Assembly: GCA_963701295.1 (NCBI GenBank)
Contig: OY969585.1
Span: 3,008,001-3,072,000, forward strand
DNA: 64,000 bases
Origin: Ignavibacteriota bacterium
GTDB taxonomy: Bacteria > Bacteroidota > Ignavibacteria > UBA10030
Reading direction: 5' to 3'
Position numbers and translations under genes: made by a program. The notes below the pieces were generated by a model. That model did not search any database, had not been told where the DNA came from, and saw nothing but the letters and a program-made list of their open reading frames with translations. The number at the start of each line of letters is the position of its first letter. The first letter of the stretch is position 1. This document shows positions 21,527-30,201 of this stretch, piece after piece.

Positions 21527-21720
21527 GAAGAAGTCCTCTAGGGTTGGAAGAGAATTGTCTTGCCCACCCATCTTCGTGGTGGGACTCCCTCCTAACTTGG
21601 ATTGGCTCCACAAGACTCTGATTTTCACACTCTACTGTAGTGTCCGACACTCCGTCAGATATTTAAGCTCAGCTCTTCCATTCATCCTACCCTTGTTGAA
21701 GTGCTGTCAGGAATTTCTTC
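21527..21720 (-). ncRNA. Candidate structured ncRNA, possibly 6S-like
   Basis: Nested long-range pairings GAAGAA/TTCTTC, TCCT/AGGA, AGGGT/ACCCT and TGGAAGAG/CTCTTCCA, plus internal hairpins; ~194 nt. Confidence 0.35.
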
Positions 21721-21831
21721 CTGATGTTTTCCCTTTTCTTGGTTTAATTAGCAACTGATGTAATTAGGAATAGCGTGATTTGCATCTCTATTGCAAAACT
21801 ATCTCAAGTCTCCCATTCAAGTTCGATACTG

Positions 21832-22737
21832 TCAATGAGCCACACCGAGACTATCGAGATCTTTCAAAACTTGTTCTTTGTTTCCCCAGTCGCTCCAGAG
21901 AACCCCCTCCACACGCAGAACAAACAAACTTTCGGGAATTACTTCAAGCACACATTTAGAAAAATTCATCGATGGAATGCTTTCAAAGGCATTCACAATA
22001 AATTGTTCTTCTTTATCTGTTCCGTATACCGATTTTGCTTTCTTAAAAGCATCGTAAATAACCTCTAAGTGCTGGCGGTACATTTTCACGAGCGTCTCGC
22101 ATTTCGCTGTAAGCACCAATGAATTCCACAGACCTCCCGTATTGAAAAACTGCTGTGCCTCTTCCAGTTTCGGTTTTTCACAAAAGCGAACTACTTTGTA
22201 GAAACGATTCCCTTCGTGCAACAAGAAATTCTTACTCGGTTCAATCCAGCCATATTGCAAATTAGCATCAGTGGGTTTTATTCCCAACAATACTACAAAG
22301 TCTGGATGTTTCCCTACAAACGATATTGCACGCTCCACATAGCTCAGAAATCGGTCTTCTTCCCCGATAAAATGATCGGAAGGAAAAATTGCAACAACGG
22401 CTTCAGGATCGCGAAAGTAAATATGCGACAGAGCAAGATATACACTTGCTGCCGACTCTCGATTTTCCGGAGCAACAAGGAGAGCTTTGCGCTCGCGCTC
22501 TTTAATCTCTTCCTGTACATAGTTCCGATGATTGCGATTAACAACGATCTGAAGTTGTTTTGCGGGAATGATTTTCTCTACACGATCCAGTGTGTGACGC
22601 AGCATGGATCGCTTACCAATAATGACAGAATATTGCTTGGGACGCTCTACACCGTACCGCTTGCGAATAAAATCCTGCAGGCGCCTCCCTTCCCCCCCGG
22701 CAAGAACGATTCCCCAAAGATGATCTATACTCGACAT
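21832..22737 (-). CDS. Sugar-phosphate nucleotidyltransferase (mannose-1-phosphate guanylyltransferase-like)
   Basis: Motifs LAGGEGRRL, PKQY, FPSDHFI, YGWIE, FCEKP and WSDWG. Confidence 0.9.
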   Translation of the reverse strand: MSSIDHLWGIVLAGGEGRRLQDFIRKRYGVERPKQYSVIIGKRSMLRHTLDRVEKIIPAKQLQIVVNRNHRNYVQEEIKERERKALLVAPENRESAASVYLALSHIYFRDPEAVVAIFPSDHFIGEEDRFLSYVERAISFVGKHPDFVVLLGIKPTDANLQYGWIEPSKNFLLHEGNRFYKVVRFCEKPKLEEAQQFFNTGGLWNSLVLTAKCETLVKMYRQHLEVIYDAFKKAKSVYGTDKEEQFIVNAFESIPSMNFSKCVLEVIPESLFVLRVEGVLWSDWGNKEQVLKDLDSLGVAH

Positions 22738-22820
22738 ATGGCGTATCTATTTTGTGGGCTCTATTCACACACTGCATTTTTGTATAAGCGCATTTTACAG
22801 TGTATTACCTTCACAAGAAA

Positions 22821-22838
22821 TGTAGGAAAGAACTTACA
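22821..22838. promoter_or_regulatory. GacA/UvrY-box-like palindrome
   Basis: TGTAGG-N6-CTTACA, one mismatch from TGTAAG-N6-CTTACA, 84 bp upstream of the nucleotidyltransferase start. Confidence 0.45.
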
Positions 22839-23019
22839 ATGACGCAAGAGTTGGCCGATGCAAAGATTTAGAATGATTTAAATTAAACACATAAGGGTTA
22901 CAACAGGAGGAATCGTCCTTCACTTGCAACAGTACATTCTTCGATTGAACTCACATGAAATACATCGGAGAAGCGGTGCAACGATGACGTTATCCTCTAC
23001 CTCTCCAAAAAGGAACCCG

Positions 23020-24015
23020 CTATTTCAATACTTCTTTCAACAGCCACGTATTCCAATTGACTGACCATTCATTTACATTTTTTTCTGTGATCGATGTTAG
23101 TGGACTATAGAGAAGGGGTTCATTTGGCGCTTTACTTTTGATTATTTTATCAAGTAATATTGCAACCGATTTATAACCCATCTGGAAACAGTTTATTCCA
23201 ACAAGGCCTTGTACGTAACCACTCTTCACATATTCCAATTCGACCGGCACTGCGTTCCCGGCGACTACTTTCACTTCGCCTGCTTTCCATTTTAAGCTAT
23301 TCTTCACCTGAAGCGCTGAACTGGTAATAAGTATCCACCCTGCAATATTGGGATTAGTTTTCTGTGCTCGATTTAAAGTTTCTGACGCTATTTCAGGAAT
23401 ATTTAAATTATGATAAATATTATCCTGAGGGAGAATGATATGGGGATGTTTTTTTAATTCTTCTTTAATTCCTTGAAGTCGACTCTGCAAATTCAAAGTA
23501 TTTTTAGGCCCAGCAAGAATGGCTATTATTCCCTTCTCATTGATTGCGTTTGCAAGTTCCTGCATTAGCATTCGGCCAAATTTAATGTCATCCGCTCCAT
23601 AGTAAGCAAATCGTTTACTCTTTGGCGCATCAGAATCGAAACATATGATTGGTACTCCTCTATCAATCGCCTTATCGATAACAGGTGTCAGAAAATTTGC
23701 ATCAGAGCAGGATATTGCAATGCCGTCAATTTTTAGACGGGAAAAACGCTCAATTGCATCTGTTTGTTCCTCTACATTTTCCACAGAAGGTGTCTGCCAA
23801 TCAATAACAATATCGACTTTATATTTTTGACCCAGCTCCCTTGCGGCTAATTTCGCCCCCGAATATGCCGCGATGAACACGGGATTTGTACCTATTTTCC
23901 CGATAAGACCAATTGTTATTTTCTTCTGGCTGGAATTATTCTTACCTGATTGCGCAAAAATTATTCCGAAGATCACAAACACCAAACAGAAGAGAAAAAT
24001 GAATCTGTGTTTCAT
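23020..24015 (-). CDS. Periplasmic sugar-binding protein (RbsB-like), no adjacent transporter
   Basis: Signal peptide, NPVF..AY.GA, DGIAIS, FDSDAP.SKR.AYYG.D; paralog of the next gene. Confidence 0.88.
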   Translation of the reverse strand: MKHRFIFLFCLVFVIFGIIFAQSGKNNSSQKKITIGLIGKIGTNPVFIAAYSGAKLAARELGQKYKVDIVIDWQTPSVENVEEQTDAIERFSRLKIDGIAISCSDANFLTPVIDKAIDRGVPIICFDSDAPKSKRFAYYGADDIKFGRMLMQELANAINEKGIIAILAGPKNTLNLQSRLQGIKEELKKHPHIILPQDNIYHNLNIPEIASETLNRAQKTNPNIAGWILITSSALQVKNSLKWKAGEVKVVAGNAVPVELEYVKSGYVQGLVGINCFQMGYKSVAILLDKIIKSKAPNEPLLYSPLTSITEKNVNEWSVNWNTWLLKEVLK

Positions 24016-24194
24016 ACTCTTCATATCCCTTCGTAGGTATCTCACATTTTGTATCTCTTAGAACAAACTCAACTACGCATTGTGAAAATGGTTACATCGT
24101 CAACGTTATATAGCATCCTGCTTGTTCTTTCGAAATGAAGATACTATCTAGTATCAAAAATGATATCTCCATCAATCATTAAAACTTTATAATT

Positions 24195-25193
24195 TTATTG
24201 ATTTACCGCTTCTTTGAGTAGCCACTTCTTCCAATTAAGCGACCATTCCTCCAGATTTTTTTCTGTGACACGAGTCGGTGGATCGACAATTAATTCTTCA
24301 GTCGGTGTCTGATTCTTCAGTATCTTATTTAGCAAAATTTCGACTGATTTATATCCCCACAAAAAACAGCCTTGCGCGATAAGAACTTGTACATGGCCAC
24401 TTTTTAAATACTCCAATTCACTAGGGAGTGCGTCGCAGGCAACGATCTTAACTTCTCCTGGTTCCCATTTTATTGCATTTTTTATCCAGAGCGGCCAGCC
24501 ACCGACAAATACCCAGCCTCCAATTTGAGGATTTGCTTTTTGTGCTCGAGCTACTACTTCAGATGCCCTCTCTGGAAGTTCATCATGATAAAAGACTCCA
24601 TTTGGCAAAAGTTTCATAGATGGATATTTGTTGAGTTCCTCAATGACCGCATGAATACGGCGTTGTAGATTCGGTGCATTCTTATTACCACCAATAATTG
24701 CCACGACTCCTTTTTCATTCATTACTTGAGCAAGCTCTTTCATGAGTATACGCCCAAATTCAGCATTGTCTGAACCATAATAGGCAAATCGTTTGCTCTT
24801 CGGTGCGTCGGCATCAAAACAAACAATCTGAGTGCCAAAATCCACAGCTTTATTAATGGATGGAGTAAGAATATTTGCATCACTGCAAGCGACAGCAATT
24901 CCGGCTACACCCGAACGGCTGAGTTGGTCAACTGACTGAGCTTGTTCCCGAGGATTCTCAGTTTTTGGAGTTTTCCATTCAATGATGACCTCAACACCGT
25001 ACTTGGCACCAATTTCTTTTGCAGCCACACGCGCCCCTGCATACGCGGCTATGAACACCGGGTTCGATTGACTTTTTCCAATGATACCTATAGTGATTTT
25101 TTTCGCATCTCCTTTTTTGTTAACATCTTGGGCAAAAATCTGTCCGTAATTTATAAGAAGTAAACAGATAAGAAAAACGAGTCTGTGTCTCAT
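24195..25193 (-). CDS. Periplasmic sugar-binding protein (RbsB-like), no adjacent transporter
   Basis: Same motifs as its neighbour; GAAAGGA RBS precedes MRHRLV. Confidence 0.88.
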   Translation of the reverse strand: MRHRLVFLICLLLINYGQIFAQDVNKKGDAKKITIGIIGKSQSNPVFIAAYAGARVAAKEIGAKYGVEVIIEWKTPKTENPREQAQSVDQLSRSGVAGIAVACSDANILTPSINKAVDFGTQIVCFDADAPKSKRFAYYGSDNAEFGRILMKELAQVMNEKGVVAIIGGNKNAPNLQRRIHAVIEELNKYPSMKLLPNGVFYHDELPERASEVVARAQKANPQIGGWVFVGGWPLWIKNAIKWEPGEVKIVACDALPSELEYLKSGHVQVLIAQGCFLWGYKSVEILLNKILKNQTPTEELIVDPPTRVTEKNLEEWSLNWKKWLLKEAVNQ

Positions 25194-25286
25194 AGTATTC
25201 CCATCCTTTCGCCTATTCAAAAATAATTTGTGCTTCATAGACTTTATTCTTTCACGTAACTCCTACTATAGGTCCTACAAGATAAT

Positions 25287-26894
25287 TTATCTAACTGTGT
25301 ACCCTACTTGCCTTTTAGTTTCTACAGAATTTTGAGAATTTTGTGAAAGTGCTCCATATCCACTTTGAGAGTTCAATTTGAACTGATTAACAAGTGTTTG
25401 AAGAGTTTCCGTTAATCGGTTCAAATCTTCTGCAGCGCGGGCAATCTGTTGAGTGCCCGAAGCTGTTTGCTGAGTGACACTAGCTATGGCTTCCATGTTC
25501 TTACTAATCTGTTCGCTGGTGCTCGATTGCTCTTCGTTCGCGACGGCAATCTGAGAGACCATGTGTGTCACTTTCTGTGATATCTCGACAATCTCTTTCA
25601 GCGACGCACCCGCATGATCTGCCAATACAATTCCTTCATCCACTTGCTTCGTCGCATTTGCCATTGTGCGAACTGCACCATGACTATCGGATTGAATTTG
25701 TTGAATCATCCCAGCAATTTGTTTTGTCGCCTTTGTGGTCTGTTCTGCCAGCTTCCTCACTTCATCAGCCACCACTGCAAAACCACGACCTTGCTCGCCC
25801 GCTCTTGCCGCTTCGATAGCAGCATTGAGAGCCAAAAGATTTGTTTGATCTGCAATATGTTCAATCACTCCAATGATCTCGCCGATCTGATCGCTCGATT
25901 TTCCAAGGTTTTGGATTGTTCCAGCCGATTCTCGCACAACATTAGCGATTTGTTTCATTCCGCTCACAGTATCTAAGACGACTTTTCCACCTTGCTCTGC
26001 AGCTCCTTTGGCTTTTTCTGCGGTATGCGCAGCCTCTCCTGCATTCTCAGAGTTCACAGCGATGCTTTTGGCCATTTGCTCAACAGCTCGTGCTATCTCT
26101 TCCGATTGAGTCGTTTGTTCTTGAGAACCTGCAGCCATTTCTTCGGTACTAGAGCTAATTTGTGCGCTTGCGCTCGCAACCGAAGTTGCCGTTTCGGATA
26201 CTTGAATCAATGTGTCACGTATGGAACCCACAAATCGATCAAAGGAATTTTGGAGTTGACCCATCTCATCTTCTCGGGTCGTATTAAATTGTGTGTTCAG
26301 ATCGGCATTATCGATACTCACTTGTATAGCCTGGAGGTCTTTTACCAAAACCTTTGCATATCTAATCACCCATACAATTCCTAATACAAGGATGATTAAA
26401 TTAATAATTGAAGCCAGCGCTACTTGTCTATAAACCGCAGCCATGACCGGCTCTATAGAAATGCCAACAATCGTAGTCCCCAATTTCCTTCCCTTATATT
26501 CAACCGGACGCAACTCCAAGACAATATCTTTTGCATCATCAAATTCTACCTGGCGCAGTAGAGTCGTTACGTCATATTTCAATTGTCGCGGATTATGCTC
26601 AACAATGGTTTGGTTGGATTCATCCATGATCAATATAAAAGCAACAGCAGGATCCTTCTTTGCCCAGTTGAAGGACGTTTGAATGAGATCAAAATTTCCG
26701 TCGTTCAATCCAGCTCCAACCGAAAAAGAAAGCGTTTCCGAAAGTAACCGGGCATTATTGTCAGACGCGTCACGTCCAGCCGACTTTTGATTGATCCAGT
26801 AGTAGATGATTCCGAAGAAAGTAATCACCAATAATGGAAGAAGAAAAATTGCAATCATTCTGGATGTTAATGATTTTTTAATTATGTCCATCAT
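25287..26894 (-). CDS. Methyl-accepting chemotaxis protein
   Basis: Two TM segments, a periplasmic domain, HAMP (DEMGQL) and the hairpin [38 protein letters not shown]. Confidence 0.97.
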   Translation of the reverse strand: MMDIIKKSLTSRMIAIFLLPLLVITFFGIIYYWINQKSAGRDASDNNARLLSETLSFSVGAGLNDGNFDLIQTSFNWAKKDPAVAFILIMDESNQTIVEHNPRQLKYDVTTLLRQVEFDDAKDIVLELRPVEYKGRKLGTTIVGISIEPVMAAVYRQVALASIINLIILVLGIVWVIRYAKVLVKDLQAIQVSIDNADLNTQFNTTREDEMGQLQNSFDRFVGSIRDTLIQVSETATSVASASAQISSSTEEMAAGSQEQTTQSEEIARAVEQMAKSIAVNSENAGEAAHTAEKAKGAAEQGGKVVLDTVSGMKQIANVVRESAGTIQNLGKSSDQIGEIIGVIEHIADQTNLLALNAAIEAARAGEQGRGFAVVADEVRKLAEQTTKATKQIAGMIQQIQSDSHGAVRTMANATKQVDEGIVLADHAGASLKEIVEISQKVTHMVSQIAVANEEQSSTSEQISKNMEAIASVTQQTASGTQQIARAAEDLNRLTETLQTLVNQFKLNSQSGYGALSQNSQNSVETKRQVGYTVR

Positions 26895-27025
26895 GGCTGT
26901 GCTCCTTTAATATCATAATGATTGTGCCATAAACAGCAGAATCTTTTTCCGCCCAAATAGTTTTTTTCAATAAAAATTATGCCCCGTTACAATTTCGTAC
27001 TTTGCAAATATGCATTTTCGCCCCA

Positions 27026-27072
27026 ACAATAGCTATCAGCAATCCAATGATTTTTCGTCGGACTATTCCTAT
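27026..27072. promoter_or_regulatory. Repeated double-palindrome motif, copy A (upstream of the MCP)
   Basis: acaatagc-TATCAGC-aatccaa-TGAT-ttttcg-TCGG-actatt-CCTAT. Confidence 0.55.
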
Positions 27073-27162
27073 AGAAAGTCGCACAGAATAGTTCGATCGA
27101 ACAAGTGTCACCTTTATAGAATGAATAATATTTAAACCCTGTCTTATTTAGTAAAGACAGCA

Positions 27163-28464
27163 TTAGTTGTGTTTCATTTGTTTATAGCGTTTCAGCTTTC
27201 CTTTGACTGTATCGATGAGCATATCGCCTGAAAATGGCTTTGTCAGATAATCATCGGCACCGAGCCCTTTCCCATATCGTACCATACCCTCATCTGTCAT
27301 CCCACTCAGAAAAATGAATGGCACTAGACTTAGATGATGTAACTGTCTGACTTTCTCATAGAACGAGAAACCTCCTATTGTTGAGGTTTCAAGATTTATA
27401 TCAGAAATTATCAAGGAGGGCATGTCATTCTTAAGTCCGGTGAGCGCTTCATCGGATGTATTGTAAGCCTGTACGGTAAATCCCCCACCTTCAAGCACCC
27501 GTACGATCATTCCCAGAGTATTTTCATCGTCATCTATAACATAGAGCATAGGTTTATCCTGATGCTCTCCAAACTCCACAAGAACCTTTGATTCTATTCT
27601 CGAATGTGCTTCCGGCGAAATTTGGTACTTATTGCGAAGTTCATTAATAACTGCTGAGCGTTCCTTTGCATTCATGCCGGAAGTCCAGACCAGTGTAAAT
27701 GCATGTGAATAGGATTCTTCCTTAGCCTCTAACTCGAGCTTTGTATGCTCTTCCGTTGTAATGCGAAGGGTTGTTCGCAAATCTCGAAGTTGACTCTGTT
27801 CTTCCGGAGAGACTGCACCATCTGCCCACGCCAGCAACAACACTCGTTTATACATATCATGAGCTTGATCGATTGTTTTTTGTGTCTGCAAAACATCAGG
27901 AGCAATTTCCACTACCCTTCGCAGTACTTGTGCCGTTGCATTTTGCTGCATTGGCGTCTGTGTAGGTTTTTGTGTATGCACAGTCTCGATCATCTGCTGC
28001 GTTTCCATATGGACAGAATACGCTTTGTCAGAACTCTTTGGAGAAGTAACAGGTTCTTGCATTTGACGCGCCGCAGCATCACTCAGCAATTCATTATGTC
28101 GTTTTTCGGCTTCAAGTTTTTTTTGTTGCCATTCCTCACGTTGCGTCTGCTGATCAGTTTCTTTCTTTAACCGTTCCAATTCTGCACGCCGGCGATCCTC
28201 CTCAATTCTTGCTCGTGCAGTATTCTCCATAGCTCCGCGATTCGATACTGCAACATCCTTCTTCGCTGCTTCTTCTTTCAAGAAAGCGATCCGCTCTTGG
28301 AATGCATAGATGTATGCATTTGTTGGATCTATAATTCGTGCTTTGTCGAGATGTCCCTTCGCTTCTTCTAGAAGTCCGGCTTTAATACACTGATCAACCA
28401 CTTTTAGAATGAAGTTTGCTTCCGTTCGGACTTCTTCGTGATTATGTTGACTTGAGGGTGTCAC
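27163..28464 (-). CDS. Response regulator with TPR-like N-terminus, coiled coil, two TerB-like repeats and C-terminal REC domain
   Basis: AKGHLDKARIIDPTN; E/R/K-rich coil; LAWADGAVSPEE; REC motifs VIDDD, ISDINL, FLSG and YLTKPF. Confidence 0.8.
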   Translation of the reverse strand: MTPSSQHNHEEVRTEANFILKVVDQCIKAGLLEEAKGHLDKARIIDPTNAYIYAFQERIAFLKEEAAKKDVAVSNRGAMENTARARIEEDRRRAELERLKKETDQQTQREEWQQKKLEAEKRHNELLSDAAARQMQEPVTSPKSSDKAYSVHMETQQMIETVHTQKPTQTPMQQNATAQVLRRVVEIAPDVLQTQKTIDQAHDMYKRVLLLAWADGAVSPEEQSQLRDLRTTLRITTEEHTKLELEAKEESYSHAFTLVWTSGMNAKERSAVINELRNKYQISPEAHSRIESKVLVEFGEHQDKPMLYVIDDDENTLGMIVRVLEGGGFTVQAYNTSDEALTGLKNDMPSLIISDINLETSTIGGFSFYEKVRQLHHLSLVPFIFLSGMTDEGMVRYGKGLGADDYLTKPFSGDMLIDTVKGKLKRYKQMKHN

Positions 28465-28557
28465 TTGTTTTTTCGTTTCAAAATATATATTTCTGCTCTA
28501 CCATAACATCAAATTAATTTTTACTGTATCATTTCTTGGCATGTTCCATCTATAATG

Positions 28558-30153
28558 TTAGCACCGTTCTTGATACCACCATCGTCTGACAATATCGCTC
28601 ACGCTCGTTGATGTATTACTTATTTTCCATTTATCAAAAAACTTTATATCCGCACTTGCAGGTTCCGGATTGGGAGGATCCATCTGTACTCGCAACGGCA
28701 TGGGAACTGCATCACCGACTATCAATGCCTCTCCTTGACGAAGCGAAGGAAGAAGGTTCTCTAGACCGGGAAAGGTGTCTGCAACAAGCCGACGCACATA
28801 ATTCTGATCAACCGGATTTGTAAGACGCATTACTACAAAATTGTTGCATTGAGACAGAATTGTCTCAGAAATATCAGATGGCCTCTGACTAACGATCATA
28901 CAGCTTACGCCATATTTTCTTCCTTCTTTCGCAATACGTTCGACAGTGCGTCTTGCAGATTGCGTGCCCCCGGCATTTGAAGATAGATAATTATGCGCTT
29001 CTTCAAAAACCAGGAGAATCGGACATTCGCGCCGATTAATATTCCAAAAATTAAAATCAAATGCGAGTCTTGCCATAAGGGAAACAACGGTGTTGACGAT
29101 ATCGAAAGGAACACCACTCATATCCATGATCGTTACTTTTGATTCACCATTCGACCCAAACATTTTTGTTAGTAATTCTGAGAACGATTCAGAGTGGATG
29201 TATAGTCTTGGCCGGAACATGAAGTCATATCGCGGATCGTTCAGTTTTGTATCAAGCTGTACAAGGAACCGGGCAAACTTGCCATGAAAGGGCCCGCCCT
29301 TCTCTGTCTCAAGAGCTTCTAACTTCGAACGCACCTTCGCAAAATCATAGTACACAGGCGTATCAATGGTGAGAACATTTTTTAATTCCGGATTTTGAAG
29401 GCGTTTTGCCTGGAATACCAGCTCTTTCAAAATAGTGATATGGGTCGCCGCGTTTTCATCTGCAAGATCAACAAACACCTCAGTCATTTCCTGAAACGTC
29501 ATCAACCAAAATGGCAACTCGAGTTCAGTCAAATTCAGATACTGACTGTTTTTCGGGAATGCACTTCTATATTCGTTATGTATATCCAAAATAACAACTT
29601 TCGTCGCAGGATTGCCGATAACCTTCTGCAGGATGGAAGCGACACTACACGACTTCCCAGAACCGCTTGCTCCAATGATTGCGATGTGTTTCCCAAAGAA
29701 ACGATTTGGATCAAGATAAGCACGTTCGTTTTCAAAGTGTGTCAGTGTACCGGTTGAAAATCCAAACTTTTGGAACACCGAAAAAGCAATAGCAAGGTCC
29801 TTTTCTTCCAGCAGATACACAGGTGCTTCTGCCGTCGGAAAAGCAGAAACTCCTCGCTCGAAGATACCGTTTTTCACCGAACCGACGAGGGAGATGATCA
29901 TCTCATAGTGAGCAGTGGTTTTCCCATTTTCACCATATTCCATTTTCCTGAATTCTGATACCATTCCCAATAGCACCTGTCTGCCAACAGGCACAAGTAC
30001 ATACGAACCAATCTGTCCAATAGGATATGTTTTTCCATTTAGTTGCAATGAGAGGCTTGATAGATGGGGATCAAGAGCAACGGTTGCATTTGAGGTCGTA
30101 ACCTTGCGAATAACACCGATCCGTTTTTGATCCCATATTGTTTTTACAGCCAT
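28558..30153 (-). CDS. HerA/DUF87-family ATPase
   Basis: HAS-barrel-like N-terminus (IGQIGSYV), Walker A GASGSGKS, ILDIHNEY, Walker B VFEEAH, IAKEGRKYG and VSQRPS. Confidence 0.9.
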   Translation of the reverse strand: MAVKTIWDQKRIGVIRKVTTSNATVALDPHLSSLSLQLNGKTYPIGQIGSYVLVPVGRQVLLGMVSEFRKMEYGENGKTTAHYEMIISLVGSVKNGIFERGVSAFPTAEAPVYLLEEKDLAIAFSVFQKFGFSTGTLTHFENERAYLDPNRFFGKHIAIIGASGSGKSCSVASILQKVIGNPATKVVILDIHNEYRSAFPKNSQYLNLTELELPFWLMTFQEMTEVFVDLADENAATHITILKELVFQAKRLQNPELKNVLTIDTPVYYDFAKVRSKLEALETEKGGPFHGKFARFLVQLDTKLNDPRYDFMFRPRLYIHSESFSELLTKMFGSNGESKVTIMDMSGVPFDIVNTVVSLMARLAFDFNFWNINRRECPILLVFEEAHNYLSSNAGGTQSARRTVERIAKEGRKYGVSCMIVSQRPSDISETILSQCNNFVVMRLTNPVDQNYVRRLVADTFPGLENLLPSLRQGEALIVGDAVPMPLRVQMDPPNPEPASADIKFFDKWKISNTSTSVSDIVRRWWYQERC

Positions 30154-30201
30154 AGTAACACCTTATTTAACCGAAAATCTGACAGTATTCAACTAATTTT
30201 T

